Positions 26,851-32,000 of a DNA stretch of 32,000 nucleotides are shown piece after piece; positions within the stretch are counted from its first letter, which is position 1, and each line of letters opens with the position of its first letter. The position numbers and the translations under genes were made by a program. The notes under the pieces are model-generated. The model saw only the letters and a list, made by a program, of their open reading frames with translations, did not search any database and had not been told where the DNA came from. Origin of the DNA: Flavobacteriaceae bacterium (lineage in GTDB: Bacteria > Bacteroidota > Bacteroidia > Flavobacteriales > Flavobacteriaceae); the NCBI GenBank assembly GCA_965224465.1, contig OZ245049.1, positions 1,080,001-1,112,000 on the forward strand, read 5' to 3'.

Positions 26851-28107
26851 ATGCTTAGATTTCGCTCCAAAAATACGTATTTCATCTTAGTTTTTTTAGG
26901 TTTCTGCTGCTTGATTTCTTGCCAATCCACAAAAGGCAAGCAAACAAAGGAAAAAACAGTTCAAAAAAAGAGAATTTTAGTTCAAAAACTGCCTGTCATT
27001 ATGCCTGGCGCTCAACAAACCAGTTCTTATATCGAACTTTTAAGGAATAAAAAAATAGCAATTGTTGCCAATCAAACATCTGTAATTTTTAAAAATGATT
27101 CCGTAAATTCCTACACTCACCTCGTAGATTCACTCCTATCTTTAAATATAACAATTGCCAAAGTATTTGCTCCTGAACACGGTTTTAGAGGAAAAGCAGA
27201 TGCGGGAGAACATATCTTAGATCAAAAGGACAAAAAAACAGGGCTTCCTATTTATTCTTTATACGGAAAAAACAAAAAGCCATCCAAGCAACTTTTAAAA
27301 GGAATTGGATATGTAGTGTTTGACATACAAGATGTAGGAGTCCGATTTTACACCTATATTTCTACCTTGCATTATATCATGGAAGCCTGTGCGGAAAACA
27401 AAATTCCCTTAATTGTTTTGGACAGACCAAATCCAAATAGAGATTATATAGACGGCCCTGTACTAGACACAAAACTCACTTCTTTTGTAGGAATGCATCC
27501 TGTTCCCATTATTTACGGCTTAACCATAGGAGAATATGCCAAAATGATTAATGGAGAAAAATGGTTAAAAAACGATGTACAATGTGATTTAACCGTAATT
27601 CCTATCAAAAATTACTCGACCTCTACGCGCTATCATTTACCTATTAAACCTTCACCAAACTTACCCAATGACCAGTCCATTAACCTCTACCCTAGTCTTT
27701 GCTTGTTTGAAGGGACAACCATCAGTTGCGGACGTGGTACAGAGCAACAATTTCAAATTTACGGGAGCCCTGAACTACCCAAAAACAAATTCCTTTTTGA
27801 TTTTACACCGCAGCCTAATTTTGGCTCAAAATTCCCAAAACATGAAAACAAAATATGCTATGGTGAAGATTTAAGTGAATCCCCTTCTCTTAAAAAGTTC
27901 GAACTCCAATGGATCAAACAAGCCTATGACAACAGTCCTAACCAAGACACCTTTTTTAATAACTTTTTTGACAAGCTAGCAGGAACCTATCAATTAAAAA
28001 AACAATTAATCGATGGTATTTCTATCGTAGAAATAGAAAAAACATGGCAAAAAAAATTAGCGGACTATGCACACATCAGAAGCAAATACATACTGTACAT
28101 AAAATAA
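26851..28107 (+). CDS. DUF1343-family lipoprotein (NamZ-like exo-beta-N-acetylmuramidase family)
   Basis: Lipobox LISC, plus APEHGFRG and VRFYTYISTL motifs that I associate with DUF1343/YbbC. Confidence 0.7.
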   Translation: MLRFRSKNTYFILVFLGFCCLISCQSTKGKQTKEKTVQKKRILVQKLPVIMPGAQQTSSYIELLRNKKIAIVANQTSVIFKNDSVNSYTHLVDSLLSLNITIAKVFAPEHGFRGKADAGEHILDQKDKKTGLPIYSLYGKNKKPSKQLLKGIGYVVFDIQDVGVRFYTYISTLHYIMEACAENKIPLIVLDRPNPNRDYIDGPVLDTKLTSFVGMHPVPIIYGLTIGEYAKMINGEKWLKNDVQCDLTVIPIKNYSTSTRYHLPIKPSPNLPNDQSINLYPSLCLFEGTTISCGRGTEQQFQIYGSPELPKNKFLFDFTPQPNFGSKFPKHENKICYGEDLSESPSLKKFELQWIKQAYDNSPNQDTFFNNFFDKLAGTYQLKKQLIDGISIVEIEKTWQKKLADYAHIRSKYILYIK

Positions 28108-28202
28108 GGCTTAAACAGCAGATAAACACTAACATAAATCATATTTTTATCTAGTTATATAATGTATATTTAGGCATCGTTTCATTTAAAAAACATAGCC
28201 TT

Positions 28203-30308
28203 ATGAGAATATATGATGATAAACACATTAAAAACATAGCCTTTGTTGGTGCTCACAAAAGTGGGAAAACCACCTTAGCAGAGACCATGTTATTCGAAGC
28301 TGGATTAGTCAATCGTCGTGGGAGTGTCGAAAATAAAAACACCGTTGCCGACCATCACGACATAGAACACGAACGCCAAACTTCGGTATACGCAACACCA
28401 CTTCATACCGAATGGAGAAATTACAAAATAAACATTATTGACACGCCTGGTCTTGATGATTTTATTGGAGAAGTAGCTTCTACGATGCATGTAGCAGATG
28501 CTATAGTAACTGTTATAAACGCTCAGCAAGGAGTAGAAATAGGCACCGAAATTATTTGGGAATATGTCAATAATTTCAACAAACCATCTGTATTTGTAAT
28601 CAATCAAATTGACCATCCTAAGGCAGACTTTGAAGACAGCTTAAAAAGCATCAAAGAATTGGTAGGAAACAATGCCGTACAAATTCAATATCCCCTCATA
28701 ATAAACGGATATCAATGCATAATTGATGTTCTAAAAATGAAAATGTACACCTTTGAAAAAAATGGTGGTAAACCAGAAAAACATACGATTCCAAAAAACG
28801 AAATTGAAAAAGCAACATACCTACAAAACGAATTGATAGAAAAAGCTGCTGAGAATGATGAAAATTTAATGGAACTGTTTTTTGAAAAAGGCACACTCTC
28901 AGAAGATGAAATGCGCAGTGGAATAAAAATAGGGATGTTAAACCACCAACTATTCCCTGTATTTTGCATGTCTGCTTTACTAGATATGGGAAGCGGTAGG
29001 CTCATGGGATTTATTGACAACGTAGCACCCGGTGCGGGAGACATTACGGAAGAGCAAACGGTAGATGACAGTAGCATCCAATGTAAAAATGATGCCCCAA
29101 CAAGCCTCTTTATATTTAAAACTTTATACGAACCAAACTTAGGTCAAATAAGTTTTTTTAAAGTAAAATCTGGAATACTAAAACAAAACGACAAATTAAT
29201 AAACCCTAGAAATGGAGCATTAGAAACCATCAATCAATTGTTTATTATGGATGGTAAAAAACGCGAACTCGTCACTACTTTATCCGCAGGAGACATTGGG
29301 GCAACCTTAAAATTAAAAGATACAGAAACCAACGATACGTTACACGAAAAGGAATATCCTGTAACATTAAAACCAATTATATACCCAAGACCCCGAATCC
29401 ATAAATGCATTACAGCTTGTAATAAAAAAGATGAAGAAAAATTAACAGAAGCGTTAAAACGCATTCACAGTCAAGATCCAACCGTTCACATCGTATATTC
29501 AAAAGAGCTAAAGCAACAAATACTTTCCTGCCAAGGGGAGCTACACCTGTCCACAATACAATGGAATTTAAAACACATCTACGGAATTGACGTTACTTTT
29601 GAGCAACCTAAAATTGCTTATAGAGAAACCATACAACGTGCTGCAACCACAAGTTACAAACACAAAAAGCAATCGGGAGGATCTGGGCAATTTGCAGAAG
29701 TACATTTAAAAATAGAACCCTATTTTGAAGACATGCCAGAACCAGAAGGCTTTAATATTCGAGGTAAAGACACAGAAGAATTGCCATGGGGAGGAAAATT
29801 GGTTTTCTATAATTGCATTGTAGGTGGTGCCATAGACGCCCGTTATTTACCCGCAGTAAAAAAGGGAATACTAGAAGTCATGGAAGAAGGACCACTCACA
29901 GGATCTTATATCAGAGATATAAGAGTCATGCTTTTTGATGGTAAAATGCATTCTGTAGACTCTAACGACATCTCTTTTAAAATAGCAGCCGCACATGCTT
30001 TTAAAAATGCTTTTCTAAATGCAAAACCAAAATTATTAGAACCCGTAAACAACTTAATAGTCAAAGTCCCTGAAGAACTAATGGGCAACGTTATGACCGA
30101 TTTACAAGCGAGAAGATCTGTAATACTAGGCATGGAAAGTGAAGGTAAATTTCAAAAAATTAAGGCACTTACCCCACAAGCCGAAATGTACAAATACTCT
30201 ACAACTTTAAGATCTATTACCCAAGGTAGAGGATCCTTTAATACCAATTTCAATTCCTTTGAATTAGTCCCTAATACGATCCAAAAAGAATTGACCTTTT
30301 CGGACTAA
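28203..30308 (+). CDS. elongation factor G paralog (EFG-II-like) with a divergent G domain
   Basis: G1 AHKSGKTT, G3 DTPGLDDF (Leu where EF-G has the catalytic His), G4 NQID. EF-G domains II-V are recognisable (for example HKKQSGGSGQFAEV). 701 aa. Confidence 0.85.
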   Translation: MRIYDDKHIKNIAFVGAHKSGKTTLAETMLFEAGLVNRRGSVENKNTVADHHDIEHERQTSVYATPLHTEWRNYKINIIDTPGLDDFIGEVASTMHVADAIVTVINAQQGVEIGTEIIWEYVNNFNKPSVFVINQIDHPKADFEDSLKSIKELVGNNAVQIQYPLIINGYQCIIDVLKMKMYTFEKNGGKPEKHTIPKNEIEKATYLQNELIEKAAENDENLMELFFEKGTLSEDEMRSGIKIGMLNHQLFPVFCMSALLDMGSGRLMGFIDNVAPGAGDITEEQTVDDSSIQCKNDAPTSLFIFKTLYEPNLGQISFFKVKSGILKQNDKLINPRNGALETINQLFIMDGKKRELVTTLSAGDIGATLKLKDTETNDTLHEKEYPVTLKPIIYPRPRIHKCITACNKKDEEKLTEALKRIHSQDPTVHIVYSKELKQQILSCQGELHLSTIQWNLKHIYGIDVTFEQPKIAYRETIQRAATTSYKHKKQSGGSGQFAEVHLKIEPYFEDMPEPEGFNIRGKDTEELPWGGKLVFYNCIVGGAIDARYLPAVKKGILEVMEEGPLTGSYIRDIRVMLFDGKMHSVDSNDISFKIAAAHAFKNAFLNAKPKLLEPVNNLIVKVPEELMGNVMTDLQARRSVILGMESEGKFQKIKALTPQAEMYKYSTTLRSITQGRGSFNTNFNSFELVPNTIQKELTFSD

Positions 30309-30330
30309 ACTAAAAATAATCAAGAGACTA

Positions 30331-30363
30331 AAAAAGACTCGTCTGATGGATGAGTCTTTTTTT
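30331..30363 (+). terminator. rho-independent terminator of the EF-G paralog gene
   Basis: AAAAAGACTC pairs with GAGTCTTTTT around an 11-nt loop, followed by a T-run. Confidence 0.8.
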
Positions 30364-30463
30364 AAAAGCTCCACTAAAAAAAGCACACCCCCTATTCATA
30401 TAGCTATACAAAATACATTTAAAAAATTGTAACAAAAACAAATAAATTCATTATTAAAATATT

Positions 30464-30471
30464 TATCTTTG
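30464..30471 (+). promoter_or_regulatory. candidate Bacteroidetes -7 promoter box
   Basis: TATCTTTG matches TAnnTTTG exactly, 20 nt upstream of the ATG at 30491. A TTG at 30427-30429 sits at a plausible -33 distance. Confidence 0.45.
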
Positions 30472-30490
30472 CAGCTAATATATTTACATC

Positions 30491-30676
30491 ATGAAATTAG
30501 TATTGATTACAATTGCAATGTTAGCTATAGGTTTTGCTGGAATCGCAATAAAGATTTTGGTAAAAAAGAACGGTAAGTTTGCAGGTACATGTGCCAGTCA
30601 AAGTCCAGAATTAAATAAAGATGGAGAAGCTTGTGGTTTTTGTGGGAAACTCCCAGAAGATTGCGAAAACAATTAA
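30491..30676 (+). CDS. small membrane protein with a Cys-rich tail
   Basis: One N-terminal TM helix (LVLITIAMLAIGFAGIAIKIL), then C-x13-C-x2-C-x6-C. It is preceded by an exact -7 box. Confidence 0.55.
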   Translation: MKLVLITIAMLAIGFAGIAIKILVKKNGKFAGTCASQSPELNKDGEACGFCGKLPEDCENN

Positions 30677-30840
30677 AAACACACTATTGTTCATTTTAAA
30701 AAAAATAAATAGCTACTTTTAATTGTATCATTCAGAATCTACTATAAAAAGCCCCTCTTTTCTTCTTTATTTATAATTATTCCGAACAACTATCTGTAAT
30801 TACGTATCTTTATAAAAATAATGAAATAAACGCATTCAAA

Positions 30841-31410
30841 TTGACTTCACAAAAACAAGACCTTGACATACTTATAGAAAAGGCAAAAGAGAAAAACGAA
30901 AAAGCATTTAATACCTTATTAAATTCCTATTGGAGCGACGTCTATAACTTTCAGTTTTCTAAGACTTCTGATCAAGATGAAGCACAAGACATCACCATAA
31001 AAACATTTGCAAAAGCATTTGAGAAAATTCATTTGTACGACTCCAAATACAATTTTAAAACTTGGTTAATTTCCATTTCTAAAAATTTATTGATCGATTC
31101 CTTTCGTAAAAACAAAACAGAAACCATCTCTATTCACAAAAAAGAATCTGAAGCATATAAAATTTCGGATGATGCTCCTACCGCGGAGGATCTCCTTATT
31201 AATGAACAAAATCTAAACAGACTCTTAAACTACATCAAACAATTAAAGCCACACCATCAAGAAATAATTAATCTTCGGTATTTTAACGAGATGAGTTATA
31301 AAGAAATGGCAATTGCTCTTAATGAACCTATTGGGAATATAAAAGTTAAATTATTGCGTGCAAAAAAAATATTAGCCACTGTTATTTCCTCTCGAAAAAA
31401 CAATAGCTAG
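30841..31410 (+). CDS. ECF-type sigma-70 family RNA polymerase sigma factor
   Basis: Region 2 (YWSDVYNFQFSKTSDQDEAQDITIKTF, FKTWLISISKNLLIDSFRK) and region 4 HTH (MSYKEMAIALNEPIGNIKVKLLRAKK). TTG at 30841 is the only available start, since there is no in-frame ATG or GTG between the upstream stop and region 2. Confidence 0.8.
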   Translation: MTSQKQDLDILIEKAKEKNEKAFNTLLNSYWSDVYNFQFSKTSDQDEAQDITIKTFAKAFEKIHLYDSKYNFKTWLISISKNLLIDSFRKNKTETISIHKKESEAYKISDDAPTAEDLLINEQNLNRLLNYIKQLKPHHQEIINLRYFNEMSYKEMAIALNEPIGNIKVKLLRAKKILATVISSRKNNS

Positions 31411-31586
31411 TGCAAACAAAGGACTCAAAGATTTTGACTCTGGACTCATTTTTAAAGAACCTCTATACAGTCTACAACAACTATAAATTTAAATTCTGAC
31501 ACTTATAAAAGCTGCGTAATTAACTCTAGTAATTCGTACATATTATTAATTATTTTCTTTGTAATTTCGCAGTCAATTTATGATAT

Positions 31587-32000
31587 ATGTCTAAAGAATC
31601 CGTAATAATACCAGTCAGAGAAAAAAAACCAAAATGGTTGCGTGTAAAATTACCGATAGGTAAAAAATACACCGAGCTACGCAACGTTGTAGATAAATAT
31701 AAATTAAATACCATTTGTACTAGCGGAAGCTGTCCAAACATGGGAGAATGCTGGACAGAAGGAACGGCAACCTTTATGATTTTAGGAAATATTTGTACCC
31801 GATCTTGTGGTTTTTGCGGAGTACTCACTGGTCGTCCTGAAACAGTAGACTGGGAAGAGCCAGAAAAAGTAGCCCGTTCTATTAAATTGATGAACATTAA
31901 ACATGCCGTAATTACTTCTGTAGATAGAGATGACATTAAAGATGGAGGATCCATTATTTGGGCAGAAACCATACAGGCCATTCGCAGAACAAATCCGAAC
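31587..32000 (+). CDS. lipA: lipoyl synthase, 5' partial (runs off the window)
   Basis: My own translation from the ATG at 31587 gives [23 protein letters not shown]...[13 protein letters not shown]...[12 protein letters not shown]...VITSVDRDD. This contains both LipA Cys motifs (Cx4Cx5C and the radical-SAM Cx3Cx2C). The frame is open for 138 codons to the window end. It is not in the ORF track because no stop is reached. Confidence 0.9.
   Translation, partial: MSKESVIIPVREKKPKWLRVKLPIGKKYTELRNVVDKYKLNTICTSGSCPNMGECWTEGTATFMILGNICTRSCGFCGVLTGRPETVDWEEPEKVARSIKLMNIKHAVITSVDRDDIKDGGSIIWAETIQAIRRTNPN

Noticed and set aside
3419-29464. About 25 short ORFs (60-180 aa) in the track lie antisense to or out of frame within larger genes. 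Examples are 3419..3607, 4678..5089, 6285..6573, 9266..9541, 10352..10585, 14349..14534, 16273..16467, 17617..17829, 18228..18419, 19407..19592, 20633..20836, 21104..21646, 21659..21922, 21976..22416, 22646..23008, 23187..23426, 24253..24588, 25337..25597, 25634..25831, 25862..26050, 27668..27874, 28305..29464 and 29906..30133.
   Set aside because: Each is fully embedded in a long ORF that has clear family motifs. Their translations are low-complexity or hydrophobic shadows with no motifs. Such ORFs are expected by chance opposite real genes in AT-rich DNA.
1-32000. I looked for tRNA, rRNA and tmRNA genes.
   Set aside because: No GTTCGAATC-type T-arm signatures or rRNA-like conserved blocks turned up in the intergenic regions. 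All larger gaps are accounted for by repeats, terminators or AT-rich spacers.

Overview
This is an AT-rich chromosomal segment that looks like Bacteroidota, class Flavobacteriia. The evidence is a T9SS PorP/SprF gene, TAnnTTTG-type promoter boxes, no Shine-Dalgarno signals, and a DUF6702 gene next to M1 peptidase genes. I support about 24 real protein genes. They are a DUF6702 protein plus two tandem M1 metallopeptidase paralogs, a secreted thioredoxin-like protein, a YkgJ Cys-cluster protein, a SatD-like/DUF3307 pair, a class-C-type serine hydrolase, argS, a CDF transporter, a sulfatase, an intact IS30-family element, a PorP/SprF-OmpA pair, a three-gene Feo module, a CBS-domain PLP enzyme, a LolC/E-like permease, a DUF1343/NamZ-like protein, an EF-G paralog, a small Cys-rich membrane protein, an ECF sigma factor, and the 5' part of lipA. 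lipA is absent from the ORF track because it runs off the window. I recognised no rRNA, tRNA or CRISPR array. The most notable non-genic signal is six co-oriented intergenic copies of a ~160-bp element with terminal inverted repeats, which looks like a MITE. The most unusual coding architecture is the Feo module. It has a predicted membrane-anchored DtxR-like protein with two FeoA domains, followed by FeoB split cleanly into a GTPase gene and a permease gene. Other points are a 3 x 29-bp repeat array upstream of the SatD-like HTH protein, an IS30 insertion 15 bp upstream of the sulfatase start codon, and a PorP/SprF-OmpA pair with no adjacent cargo gene. Most short ORFs in the track are antisense shadows of real genes.
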